Assembly (NCBI GenBank): GCA_013239625.1
Contig: MU054323.1
Coordinates: 13,501,950-13,565,949 of the forward strand
From: Lama guanicoe
Lineage: Eukaryota
Direction: 5' to 3'
Length of the DNA: 64,000 nt
In this document: piece by piece, positions 51,191-64,000 of the stretch
Layout of the letters: each line of letters opens with the position of its first letter
How positions within the stretch are numbered: the stretch's first letter is position 1
The notes under the pieces: generated by a model
Database searches by the model: none
Seen by the model: the letters and a program-made list of their open reading frames with translations, nothing else
Told to the model about the DNA's origin: nothing
Program-made: the position numbers and the translations under genes

Positions 51191-52211
51191 AAAAAAGAAA
51201 TCATTGTTTCTTCTCTTACTGGAATTCATTTAAAAAGCAACAACAAGAATAAAAACGAATGACAAGTTCCATTATGCAGAGAAACTAGAACAGATCTGAA
51301 ATCCCAGGCCCAACGGAGGAAAGACAGCCCAAAGCATTAGAGACTGATCAGAGACGCTTGAGGGGGACATGGAGAGAAGTTGCTGGAGTGGAGGACTCAT
51401 TGGCTGCAATATAAACAAACAGCAGACAGCAACAAATACCCATCTCAGTGGGAGGGACACAGTCTGAAGTGCAAATCCTCAATCTATTCCTTAAAACAGA
51501 AGGAAGGGATGCATCAGCAGGTGGCAGGACCTTCCTAGATCTGGTTTGGTTCTGAGAAGTAGCAGAAATGAAGCACAGAGATGGAATATTTGCAAGAAGC
51601 AATCTGTCTCTAAAGGGCAGACTGCTTAGAGAGTCTTTGTAATGGAAAAAAAAAGAAAAATCCCACAGTTGCCAATCCCAGCCAATTAGCCTTTGCCAAC
51701 TGAATTTACATACAAAACCTAGGATCATAAGACAAATTTCACCTGGCCTGGATATTACCCTGGCTCCTTCCTTACAGGAAATTTTGGATAAAAGCTCAAA
51801 ATTAAAATACTTTAGACAAAACAAAAATCCAGGGCATACTAGAGGGAAAAAAAAGAATAGTTAAATGTGAGACCTCTCACCTGAAAAAATAAACAACTTT
51901 ACAGAGCATATGAAAATTGTTTCTCTAAGAATTAAAGCCGCTTAACGAATTCCTGATCCCAGAAACCATGATAATAATAAATGTTTATTATTGTTGTTTT
52001 AAGCTGCTAAGTTTTAGGTATTTTGTTACACAAAATATCCAACTGGGTGATTAAACCAGAATTTTCTTTCATTATCTTCTTCTCTACTGCACAGAAATAA
52101 TTTGCATCTCTATCAGATAAAAATCATTTGCATCTTACCAAGTTTTCTTCAAGTTAGCATTTGGGCTCATAATACTTAGTATATCAAATAGAGTTATATC
52201 CTCCCAGAAGA

Positions 52212-52392
52212 GAGTTTCTCAGCCTCTGCACTACTGACATTAGGGTCCAGCTAGTTTTTTGTTGGAAAGGGGTGGGGGCTGTCCCGTGCATTTGAGGTAT
52301 GGCACTAGCACTCCCTCTCCTCCCTTAAGTTGTGACAACCAAAAATGCCTCCAGACACTCCCAAATGTCCTCTACGGAGCAAAATTGCTCTT
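52212..52392. mobile_element. MER20 hAT-Charlie MITE
   Basis: gtttctcagcctctgcactactgacatt...gttgtgacaaccaaaaatgcctccagaca...caaatgtcc MER20 signature. Confidence 0.8.
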
Positions 52393-52779
52393 GCCCATGT
52401 ATCTGGAAGTCTTGCTCAGATTGCTGGGTCCCAACCACAGAGTTTCTGATTTTGTTGGTCTGGGATGCAGCCTGAGAACTTGCATTTCTAACAAGTTCTC
52501 AGGTGATGATGGTGCTGAGTACTGCACTTCAGTGCTCCAGAAAATCAGGTAACCCTTAAGCAGGCTTGTTAGACACTGCTCTAGAATGACAACCGAAGGA
52601 CATGCAGCCATCCGTTGCCTTATTTCCAGGTTTTGGATGACTTTTCTTAGTAATTCTTTCTAAAGAAATATAAGGTGAAGGCAATTCTACATAAATAAAG
52701 GTAAACACTGGAATAAAACTCTAAATCTTTCTGAATATCAGAATAAATACAAAAACTAAAGCAAAGAGGCCCTCTGTGA

Positions 52780-55700
52780 CTTTTAAAAGTTGTAAAGGTA
52801 GAAAATAGAACCTAAAATAATAAGACATAACTATGTTCAAACATATATGTCATATCAATATAAATGGGCTAAACTCTATTTTTAAAAAAGATTCTCAGAC
52901 TGACTGGTAACAAAGAAAAATCCAATTGTATGATATATAAAGGAGACTTACCAGAAATGATTGAGATGTTTAAAAAAAAACAGGCAAAGATACAACATAT
53001 AAATGCAAAGAGAAAACAACTGGTCATAAATATACCACATGAAATTAAATTCAAGGCAAATGGCACCAAAAGAGACAAAGGCAGCTCCATTTTAATACTA
53101 AAGGATACAATTGACAATGAAAGTTTAATAATTATGAGTATTTTTGCATCAAATTACAGAGCATCAACATTTATAGAATAAAAACTACAGGCGATTCAAG
53201 AAGAAATACAGAGAAATATATGAATGGTATAAGATATTTATTTTCACCTACTCAGCTCATGATATACCAAGCACTAAGTACACACAAAAAAAGTAGCTAG
53301 AATTTGTCATCCGGTATAGTATAGCCACAGACCACATATGACTATTGAGCACTTGAAATGTGGTTAGTCCAAACTGAAGTATGCTATAGCTACAAAACAT
53401 GCCAGATTTCAAAGACAGTGCACAACAAAGAAAGAAAAATATGTCATTAAAAAATTCTGTATATTGATTACATATTGATAACATTGTTGATATAATGGGT
53501 TAAATAAAACATACCATTAAAAATGACTTTTTCATTTTTTCACTTTCTTAACATAGCTACCATAAAACTTTAAATTGCATATGTGACTGTGCTATATTTC
53601 ATTTAAATAGTGCTGCTCTAGAGGAACTAAAAAATTAACCAGGTAAATCTAGATAATTATAACTGCTAATATGTGCGTATTTCATTCTAGATACTATTCT
53701 AAATGGTTTGCACATATTAGTTCATTTAATCCCTGCATCAACCCTAAGAGACAGATGTTATCATTATAGCCATTTACAGATGAGGAAACTGAGGCATAGA
53801 AAAAATAAGCAATTTGCATAAGATTCCAGTAATGAATCTGGGATTTGGATCCTGTTGGTCTAGTTCCAGAGTCTGTACTCTAAACCATGATGCTAAAAAT
53901 TGATACATATACATATTAACTCTGTCCTCCAAAAACAGAAATAAATCTTGAGTTGTATCTTCTTCAATAAAACATTCACAAAAATTGACTGTATGTTACA
54001 GCACAAGAAATACATCAAGAAATTTTAAAATTTGGAAATAATATAGATAAAACTTTATCATAGGACTATAAAATTAGAACTTAATGGCAAAATCAGAAAA
54101 ATAAAGTCCCTAAAATTCAGAAATTAAAACAAAACCCATCTCCTCTTCCAAATCTGTCAAACAACTCTTGAATCTAAGAGGAAATTGAAATTGAAGAATG
54201 TATAACAAATGATCATGAAAACTGTACATACTACCTACAGGTTCCACATGCACTATTCAGAGGAAAAGTTAGTCTTAAACACACAAATACATTAATAGAC
54301 AAGAAAGAATAAAAACAAGTGAGTATTTGCTCAAATCTAGACTAAAAAAAAGGAAAAGCAGAAAAGAAAACCTAGTTAAAATAGATAATTTTCTAGGAAA
54401 ATACAATCTGCAAAAACTGACATAAGAATTAAAAAGTTGGGTTGCTGAAGAGCTACTGCCCAAAATTATTATCAGACTCTTGTGGTTCTAGTAGGAAATT
54501 TTATCAAGCTTTTAAATTATAGATTATTTCAGTGTAATTTACATTGTTCTAGAACATACGAAAAAAATCTTCTAAAAACTTTTAAATAAATCAAACATAA
54601 TATTAACACCAAAGCCCAATAAGAATTGCCCCAAATAAGAAAATTGGAATAATCTTATTTATGAATATCAAGGCAAATCTGAAACATTGTAAGTACAGTA
54701 CAAAATATGAAGGTTCATACTAGGAATTTAAGACTGGTTCAGTATTCATTTATCTATGAATATGTGACTATGTTAATAAAATCTAAAGAGAAAAATTATA
54801 TGATCATCTTAACAAATGTTAAATAAACATTTGATAAAATTCAATACAGATTTTGATTCATAAACTCTTAAAAATAAAAATAGGTGAAAATTTCTAAATG
54901 TGATTAAAATTCATCAGTTTCAACCCCTAAACTAGCATGATATTTAGTGAGGAAACACTGCAAGCATTTTTACTAACAACTTGTCTAAAATAAGAAGGCC
55001 TATCATTATTATCTAACATTGCCTTTGAGAGGTATTAGGTAATACAAAAGATAAAAAAAGGAAATGAGTGTAAATATTTTAAAGTAGGCAAAATAATTAC
55101 TGTGAAATGACTTTATACTGAGAAACTCAAGAGAGTCAACTGAAAACTTACCACAAACAAAAAGAAAAATTAATAAGGTAGTTGGGTATTAAATTAATAG
55201 ACAGAAATAATGTCATAATATAGAAAGTAATCAGAAGATATAATAAAAGATTTCATATATGAGTGACAAAAATAGTTAAGGTATTAAGGAATAAACTTAA
55301 TAAGAAACAAGCAAGCTAAACTTTAAAATACTCCTGAGAGACACAGAAGACTGAAATGAATGGAAAGGCACTAAGTTCTTGGATAGGAAGAAAATATCAC
55401 AAAGATTTCAGTTTGCTTCAAGTGAATCTTTGAATTTCTTACTGCAAATCCCAAAAAACACTAAGAGGAATTTTTTTTTTTGCATTAGCAAATTGATTTT
55501 AAAATTCATTGGAGGAAAAATAAACATGAATAGCTACGAAATACCTGAAAAAGAGTAATGAATGGGTGAGTACTAATTAGCTCTGTCAGATAGTAAAACA
55601 AAGTAAAACAGTTTATTACAAGACTATGAATGGTTAGAAATAGAATAGTGAGTCCAGAAATAGTAGAAGCAATATGGTAATTAAGTATATGATAAAGTGG

Positions 55701-57240
55701 CCATCTCATATCTTTTCAGAAAAAAATATTACTCAATAAAATAGTTTGAGGCAATTGGGTAGCAACATTAGAATAAATTTGGATTTATGGCTCAAAACTT
55801 ACACTATGATCATTTCCAAATGCATGAAAGATTTAAATGGAAAAAAAATCAAACCATATTATAATCTATAGTATAATTATTTTAAATTATTATATTGGAT
55901 AGAGAATACCTTTCTAAATATGGCATAGTATCCAGAATCCTTAAAAAGAGAAGATTGATCAAATCAGCTCTGTAAAAAATAAATAAATAAAAATTATAAT
56001 TGGCTCATCCACCAAAAGCTAGGTCAAAAGATAAAGACTATTTTAGAATATCTGAAAGTCCTATCACTAACACAGAGCTAATTTATTTAATATATAAAGA
56101 GCTCCAAATTCATATGACAAATTCAAAATCCTGGTTTCACATAAAGTGGGCAAAGGAATTAAACATGTATCTCACACCAAAGGAAATCCAAAAGACTCAT
56201 GAAACCATGTTACCCTCCCATCACTTAAAATGATATGTAACTTAAAACTACACTGTGGTAACAGTTTTCACTCATCAGATTAAAAAATTTTAAGTACTTT
56301 CTTGGTACGAATGTGGGGAAATAGACATTCTATTCACACATCACTGCTGGCAATGTAAATTTGTGGAGTCCCAATTGAAAACCATTTTGGCAATATGCAT
56401 CAAAATTATAAATGTATTTTATCTTTGATTTATTAGTTCCATAACCGGAAATGTATCCTAAAGATATTGATGATAATAATAGCAGTAGTAGCAGCAACTA
56501 GTACTTACAGCATTTACTGTCTGTCAGGCACCTTTCCAAGTAGTCTACATAGGAAGATTTATTGAATTTTCACAATAGTCTGAGTTCTTACTAATGAGAC
56601 ACTTGAGGCACAGAGAAGTTAAGCAACAGGCTCAAGAATACACAGCTAGTAAGTGGTGCAGCCAGACTTCAAACCCCAGCAGTATTGTCTCCAGAATCCA
56701 GGCTCATGCTTGTGACCTCTCTAGATATACTTGACATAAGAGAAATACAAAGTGAACGTGGTTTTTCATAATAGTATTGTTTGGGATAGGAAACAACTGG
56801 AAATAATTCAGTATCCATTAATAAAGCTCTGGTTAAATAAATGGTTATATCTATAAAATATAATACCATTCAGATGTTTAAAAAAATAAAAAAAGAAACT
56901 CTCTGTGGATTGATATAGAAAGGTCTCCAAAATAAATGTTAAATAAAAATCAAGGTGAAAAGTGGTACGGACTGCATGCCATCGTTTGTGTACAAATGGT
57001 GGGAAAGAATGAATATATTTATTCTCTCTACATGCTTAAAATATCTCTGAAAAAGGACACATGAACATACACACGCACACACACACACGCACATGCAGGC
57101 ACACCCCTAACAAATTAGATGTCTGTGACAGCAAAGCTGTGTGACTGATGGTCAAAAGTGAGGAGATTTCTTTGAATAACTTTTTTCTACATTTTGAATT
57201 TTGAGCCATGTATTGCCTTTTCAAAAATTAAATAATAGTA
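52780..57240 (+). mobile_element. Long decayed ancient L1 (ORF2 endonuclease through 3'UTR), interrupted by a MER33-like element (~53300-53615) and MIRs (~53660-53895, ~56470-56720)
   Basis: ORF 52930..53181 resembles L1 EN (TKRDKGSSILILKDTIDNESLIIMSIFASN vs consensus KRDKEGHYIMIKGSIQQEDITILNIYAPN); A-rich sense strand. Confidence 0.85.
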
Positions 57241-60200
57241 ATTTTAAAAGAATGGTATGGACCCTCGTTAATTGAGGCAAGGTGAACAATGGTGACAAAT
57301 GCCCCCTTGCAGAAAATTCCTAAGAATGACTACAGAAGAACGCATAGTCACACTTTAATAATCACTTAATGAAACTGAAGAATCAGTTATCAGCAGAACT
57401 AGCTTTTTAAGCTCCTGATATAGTCCTCTTCCCAGTACATCACACCATCACTTTTATTTCTTCTATAGCTAAAACAACTTCAAAGTTGTGTTCTATACAC
57501 TCCAAAGATAGTAGAAATTATATCTTCAAAAAGGAACTTGTCTGGTGTATAATATACAGAGAGAGCTCTCTCTGGTCCAGGACAATGTGTTAGGAATGAA
57601 GTATTCCTTAGACATACTTGAAGACATTTACCGAGACTTTCTGCTCACCTGCACACTTTAAAGTCTACATACAAAATTTTTAATAACAAATTTAAATGTT
57701 TTTTTTCTGTAAAATGAAATGAGCACTGAATGTGATGAGAACATCTCATACATGATTTGATAAAATCGATTCTACGTATCTTATTGCATAAAAACCTCTG
57801 AATCTGAAAAGAAGTCATTTAACATTTTACCCATGAGTTTTAATTCAATGTTATAAAATGGTCTAGTTATATATTTAAAAGAATCCACATAATTAACCAA
57901 TACTCTTTTGGTTGCTCTAAACTCGGAATGTCCCTAGATGGGTCAACTTGATCCTTAAGGGAAGTAAGTAAAAAGGGACTTAAAGAGCTAGAATGCTTTG
58001 AATAGATATTTAAAGGAAGCCTCCTTGAACCAGTATTTTGAATGATCTCAGTGATTGGTACCTAGAGGGTTTTACATTCCAGGGCAATTCAGAAGAGGAA
58101 GATGTGGGATGCATTTGGGTATACATATATGTGTGTGTGTGTGGGGGAAAACTTACTTTCTCAGCTAGTTTTAGGAAAGAGTACGGGTGGAAGATTAGGA
58201 TAGAAAATTTATTCCTTTGCTTAAAGCAATCCATTCAAGCAGCATATCCCTTGCAATGACTGTGTATTCTTGCTTATTCTATTTTGGAAAAACATTAAAC
58301 CACAAGCATCACTCTACCTTCTTATTTTAGCTTGATTTTGATGGGGAAAAAAATGCCCAACTAGAAGGAACATTCAAAAGATATAAAAAGAATTATGTAA
58401 CATGAGCTGATGAGCAACAAGCTCCTAACCTTCAACTCACTCCCTTGGTTGTCCTTGACAATAGTTACAAGGCTTCTCTGTTCTACACACACTAAATACA
58501 TTGGGAAAGTCTCCTGTTAGACAAAAATGAGAATTCAAAAGAATGCATAGCAGACTGTCCATTATAGATTCTGCACGTGTAGGCAATTGGGATATTTTAG
58601 GCTATTTTGAAGTTGCAGAATAGAGAACTGAATGTCACATACTTCTTTGAAACATTTGTTCCAAACTTGAGCCAGGAAGGAAAGAGAGAGATTCTCCCTT
58701 AGGTTCTGTTTAAGATGTTCCTGAGTATTAATTACTTCTGTATTGATAATAGGTAAACACTGAGTTCATATTATGTACCCTACACTGTGGTAGGCACTTT
58801 ACACAGATTATCACACTTAATCCACACAGCTATTCTATGCAGGCGGGACTTGCTATCCTCGTTTTCCAGAATGGAAGATTATGAGTTAGCTAGGTTAAAT
58901 AACTAACTTGCTCAAGGTCACAGGGCTGGTGCACCAGAGTTCTGAATTCACATCACCAGCCTCTAGGTGCTCTAAATGAATTGTTAGGCAAGTATTTCTT
59001 GAAAATAGCTTTCAAATTTTAATACATGTACACATTTTATTGCCCGAGGTTGTAACAGGGCAAGTGCTCCTAGGGGAAGCATGTTTCCCGTTACTTTTAT
59101 TTTTCCATAGCAAGCACTTTAATAACTGAGTAAGAAGTTAACTGATAGAGAACAGCCCCACACAATTTTAAACTGTTACAGGTCATCATCATTGTAAGTA
59201 AGATTACAGAAAAGCCCTCACTCATCCCTTTAGGTTAAGGGTTCAGTTTCCACTTGTTTCATTCGAATTTTTTCATTAATTTCTGATCATTGAGGATTAT
59301 TGAGAATGTAACAAGTTTCTCTGTAATTTCACATTGGTGTAGTTGAGTTGTGATTGGTCTTCTACACCATGCAACTGGTCTCTATTGAGAGAGAAAGGAT
59401 TCTGAAGCAGGTAAGTCTTAGGAGACATTAGAGATGGTGCTGGCTAAGACCTTGGTAAGTGCTGGAAGCTATGTAAAACTGGGAGTAAACCTATCAGCTC
59501 TGAGGATTTGATGGTAATTTTATAACTTTCCCCAAGAAAACCTGATATATCCCAAGCATCTTGTAAATGCCTCATGAAAAATAGCATTCAGATACAGTGA
59601 TGGCTAGATAGGTTTGCTTTGAATTCCTTAAGAATTCTGCAATTGACACTTTAAGGTTCTTAAAGCTATTCAACTACTACATTTTGTTAAAAACGCCCTT
59701 GGCTTTTTGTAACCTTTCACAATACAACACTTCACCCCACTAAGTTTTATATTGCTATTTTACTCTTTCCCATCTCAGTGAAGCTTCCAGAACTAGTCTA
59801 AATTTTCTCCCCTCTCATTCTTTCCTCAAACTCCAGAAAACTGGCTTTAGTATTTATCTGAAAGTACTCTTGAATCAAAAGGTCAGGGTAATGCATATTT
59901 TTAAGCCTTGGTTTGTTAAATCTCTAGCATCTGGAATTGCTGGTTACTGAGCTCTGGAGCCAGATGGCCTGGGTTTGATTCTAGCTCCCCTGCTTATCAG
60001 TTACATGGACATGGGCCATCTACCCAACCATCCTGGGCTTCACTCTCCTTATGAGTGAAATGCGGGTAACAGTACCACATTGCTCTTGAAGAAGAGCATA
60101 CCAACTGTTCTGGTTTCCTCTTACTTCGGACCCTGCTCCATCACCCCACTAAATGATTATTCTCTAAGATTCCCTCCTTGGTCCAATGCTCTTTTTTCCC

Positions 60201-61583
60201 CTCCTCTTGAGTGATGTAATATAGGATCATTATTCTAATCGAATGTTCTAATGCAAAAAAAAAAAAGTCACTGGATGATGATAATTCCCAAATTTCCATC
60301 TCCAGGCACTTTCTTGAGTTTCAGATTGAAATTTTGCCATTTACCATCTGCCTACATATACATTTTCCCCTTCTTATGTTTGATGACAATTAATGGTATT
60401 GTCATCTAGTCACACACACACACACATACACTCAAACTAAAGTTCTTGTTCTCACTCAAACCAATGAAGTCCTGTGATTTAATCTTCTAAATATTTCCTG
60501 AATTTGTCCTTTCTTTATCCTTGTTAGTTTAAACTCTATGCCTCTGATTCCAATCTTTGTCCCTCTCCTTAAATCTATTCTCTAATTTTTAGCCAATGAT
60601 TTATACAGAATCCAAAACGGATCACACTACAAGCCTTGGCATACTGAGGAACATAAATTAGGCCCAAGTTACCTATGAAAGTATGTAGGGCCCCCTATTA
60701 TCCCTGCTTCTGCAAACTTTCCAACTTCTCCTCCTGCCAATTTCCATCTCACATATGAGCAATACTGAACACGATGCCAGCCTAGTACCCTGTATAATTT
60801 TTTTTAATATTATGCTACAATAATCTGTTTCTGGCTCTGCCACTGGACATTTTCCAAGGCAAGCACTTTCTAACTTATCTTTGTGCTTCAAACACTCAAT
60901 ATAGTGACTGGAATACAACAGTTACTCAAGTGTTTACTAAACTAACTGTAGGCTTTTCTTCTTCTTAAGGAAAGTATAACAACATAATTTAACAAATACT
61001 GGTCATTTTCATAGATTTCCCCCCAAGATTTTCCCTCAGATTCTTAGGGAACATATTAAAAATGATTTACTGTGGAAGTTCTCATGCCAATAGTTATGTT
61101 TATGCAAAGTCTACCAACATAATTTTGCAGCTGACTCCAAAGTACCCAAGGTGAATGAGTTCAAACACTGACATGTGTACCTGCTTTAGAGAGTGAAACC
61201 CTAGCAGTGTATTAATGTACACAAATGTGGAAATGTACTGTCAAACACACAGCATTTCTAAAGATTATAATCACATTAGTGAGGAATGAGAGAAACAAGA
61301 AAGGTGTGGGGGGGGGATTATGTAACATTAGATACCCTGTGGTGAGTGTATTTTAAAATTTAGGTAAACCCAATGGCCCTCTCTGTTAAAAAAAAAAAAA
61401 GACTCAAATACCATCCAAATTACTTAAGGGGGAGATGGCTGAGTAATATGCACACGTTTAAAGTCTATCTTCAAAAGGATATAATATAGGCTAAGTATCC
61501 AAAAGGGTAGAAAGGGCATAACCTAAAAAAATCTAAGTGTAAGAATGTAAGCGATTTGGGCAGTGGAAAAACATTTAAGTATA

Positions 61584-61850
61584 CAGTTAGTTGGCCCTTG
61601 AAGAACACAGATTTGAACTGGACAGGTCCACTTAAACAGGGATTTTTTTTCCATAAATACAGTACTACTCAATCTGCTTGGCTGAATGCATGATGGATAC
61701 TGTGGATACTGAGGGCCAACTATGGGACTTGAGAATCCTTGGATTTTGGTATCTGCACGCCTCCTAGACCAACTTTCCATGGATACTAAGGGACGATTAT
61801 AGATGAATTTCCAACTGTGTGGAGGGTCAGCATTGTTCAAGGGTCAACTG
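61584..61850. mobile_element. Tigger2a-like non-autonomous TcMar transposon
   Basis: TIRs CAGTT(AGTT)GGCCCTTGAA ... TTCAAGGGTCAACTG flanked by TA on both sides. Confidence 0.8.
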
Positions 61851-61868
61851 TATGGAGAAATGATTTTA

Positions 61869-62020
61869 GTGGGGTGTGGGTATAGCTCAGTGGTAGAGGG
61901 CGTGTTTAGCATGCACAAGGTTCTGGGTTCAATCCCCAGTACCTCTGTGAAAATAAATAAACCTAATTACCACCTCCCTTAAAAAAAGAAAATAGGGAAG
62001 GAAAATTTAAAATTAAAAAA
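61869..62020 (+). mobile_element. tRNA-derived SINE, camelid Vic-1-like
   Basis: A box TAGCTCAGTGG, B box GGTTCAATCCC, A-rich tail, TSD AAATGATTTTA (61858-61868) / AAATGATTTCA (62021-62031). Confidence 0.85.
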
Positions 62021-63326
62021 AAATGATTTCAAATGCTTTCCCTCAGCACAAATTTATCTATCTCCCTGTCTGGCACAGTTGGATATGTCATGGAGGAAAA
62101 AATTTGTTTCTCCAAGAAATTCCTACATTCCCTACTACAGTAAATCATTATTTTCCGTAAGTAAAGGTTAAGAATGTGTATAAAATCAACACTCTCTACA
62201 AAATCTAAGAACTTTAATATAACAAAACTAACAAGTGGTTTGAAATATCCTCTTTCTGAAGAATTTAATCTACGTCACAGAGAAGAAATTAAAGACAGTT
62301 CTTTTATGGGGTTATAATTTGAAAAACTTCTAATGTAAAGCAGAAAATAAAGTGCAAATTTTAGAGCCATTGTGGAGAAATGTATCATTTGTTTTCTTAT
62401 ATGCTTATATATGATAATTAATCTATTAACCATAAAAATTATATTTGTCGAAAGAATGAAACATATTCATTAAGGATGTTGTGGAGTCTGAGGATAGAAA
62501 ACAGAGTAAAGCAGTAAGATACAAGTGAATACATTCTAAAGATATCATTTTAAGATATGAAACCTTGACAATTTTATTTCTAACTGGAAACTACTATACG
62601 TACTAAACATATTTAACAGCATAAACCGACCAACACTTACAACTTTCAAGACAAAACTTAAAATCTTTAATGATAAATAAAAATATCTGAAATTGTCTTC
62701 AAGCCTGAACATTTTAGAATGGTAAATGCTAGTCAAAGAATCTAATAAACAGGAAAATTAACAAAATGATCAAGGTAGCCTTTCAAAAATGGTTTTAGCA
62801 ATCAAAAGAATGTGCTTATTTCAACAGCAAATAGAATATTTTTAATGGTAGGTCGTGAGTTGATTCTTTACTCTAAAAAGGCCAAATTAGTAGGAAAAGG
62901 AAATACTGTTTCCTTTTACAAACATATCTTTATATTTTCAATTCACTTCCTTTTAAGAAAAATGTCTCTCATTCTCAGGAAGAAGAGAGAAACAAATAAA
63001 ACTGAACTAAAAGATCAGGGCCATTAATACAACTTTGCCTAATATACTGTGTAGCAATGGCTACACCCAGTGGCCAGAGATGCGTAGTGAAGCTTTCCAG
63101 CTATAAAATTACAGCAAAAGGTAAATTCGGAAATAGCTATTTTTCAATTTACCTAAGGTTTTAGGGTGAGGGTTATCTTCCACTACAAATTGTTTCAAGG
63201 AAACACTTGAGAATCTTTGGGAAACAAAGGCCTTACTTAGTTCATAAGCCTGAAACAAGTGCCCAGCATAAGTCTTAAAAAAGTGGCTAAAAGAAAACTC
63301 AAACCAAAGAAAGAACATAGAGATAC

Positions 63327-63332
63327 TTTATT
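63327..63332 (-). terminator. Minus-strand poly(A) signal, probable 3' end of a convergent neighbouring gene (FAM98A by synteny)
   Basis: TTTATT on + (AATAAA on -); the minus-strand downstream sequence is GU/U-rich (tgttctttctttggtttgagttttc); TGTA element upstream; repeat-free to window end. Gene identity rests only on recalled mammalian synteny. Confidence 0.55.
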
Positions 63333-64000
63333 GCTCACCTTTCACACAAAGCACACCTCCAGCCATTTTCTTTCACAGCTTGACAATATATACGTGTACA
63401 AAAACCCAGCAAGAAGCGTCATGTAGATTTCAGTAAAGGAGAGTGTCAAACATCAACTCAGCCAGGCTTTTGTTTTCTGCAGCAATAATAAAGGGCCTCC
63501 TGCTCTAAGCAAAAATCTGTCCTCTTACTTGGTAGTGCATTTCTTCCATTACAAAAAAGGTCTCCTGTCCAAAGCAAACTAACTTGTATTTGCTGAACCA
63601 GTGGTATTAATTCGTGCATAAAACAAATTTCAGTTTGCTGTTTCTTCTAGCAGATTTCAAGTAAAAAGAAGGTTGAAAGAGGAACTTGTTTTGAATGGAT
63701 GCAGGTCAGTTTGAATTATTATACTTAACTAAATGCCTACATGTACTATAGGTTCATAACTTAGTTTGCTTTTATAATCTTTATGGATTTTGGCCACGTT
63801 CAAGGTTTTCAGAGTTGAGCATATGGTACAGTGTTCCATCGAAAGGATAAGGCTACTGAATGTGTTATCTGCAGAAGAGCTCATTTAATAGGAACTGACT
63901 TAAATGTTCTATCATGAAGCAAGTGTTGCATAACCTCTCTGAATAAAAAGCCAATCAGGGCAGAACTGTGCTTGGAAAACAGGCATTAGAATACTTTAAG

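Noticed and set aside
52930..53181. Endonuclease-like ORF as a domesticated gene
   Set aside because: Short remnant in a heavily decayed L1, with stops/frameshifts and nested insertions around it
59400..59460. Two strong donor-like sites (CAG|GTAAGT, TTG|GTAAGT) in intergenic DNA
   Set aside because: No convincing paired acceptor, ORF or promoter; such motifs occur by chance in 64 kb
61871..61945. tRNA gene-like sequence
   Set aside because: Poor acceptor stem, A-rich tail and TSD show it is a SINE, not a tRNA gene
1..64000. Prokaryotic-type systems (CRISPR arrays, operons, defence islands), rRNA/snRNA genes, processed pseudogenes
   Set aside because: The sequence is mammalian intron/exon DNA; no regularly spaced repeats, RNA genes or retrocopies were recognised by eye

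Overview
Mammalian genomic DNA (AT-rich, CpG-depleted, dense in L1/L2/MIR/MER/MLT relics). A tRNA-derived SINE at ~61.9 kb resembles the camelid Vic-1 type, suggesting alpaca/camel (inference). The window holds the complete coding region of RASGRP3 (Ras guanyl-releasing protein 3) on the + strand. Sixteen coding exons run from ATG 12878 to TGA 47141; I checked every junction by hand for phase, and they join to a 2079-nt CDS (692 aa: REM, CDC25 GEF, 2 EF-hands, C1, C-tail). There is also a probable 5'UTR exon at 9750-9887 and a ~2-kb 3'UTR. The most unusual structure is the intron 14069-15893. It is a U12-type (minor spliceosome) AT-AC intron with slightly non-consensus signals. It contains a 22-bp sense-strand hairpin and a 33-nt exon-like cassette with strong U2-type signals, which together could form a minor-splicing bypass/poison switch (hypothesis). 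Other notable items: Met-rich uORFs, a NAGNAG acceptor, an antisense ERV1-type solo LTR with promoter motifs, a MER53 (miR-1302-like) hairpin, nested L1 insertions with TSDs, a CTCF-like site, and a minus-strand poly(A) site near the right end, probably the 3' end of the neighbouring gene (FAM98A by recalled synteny). Repeat boundaries are approximate unless a TSD or TIR is stated.
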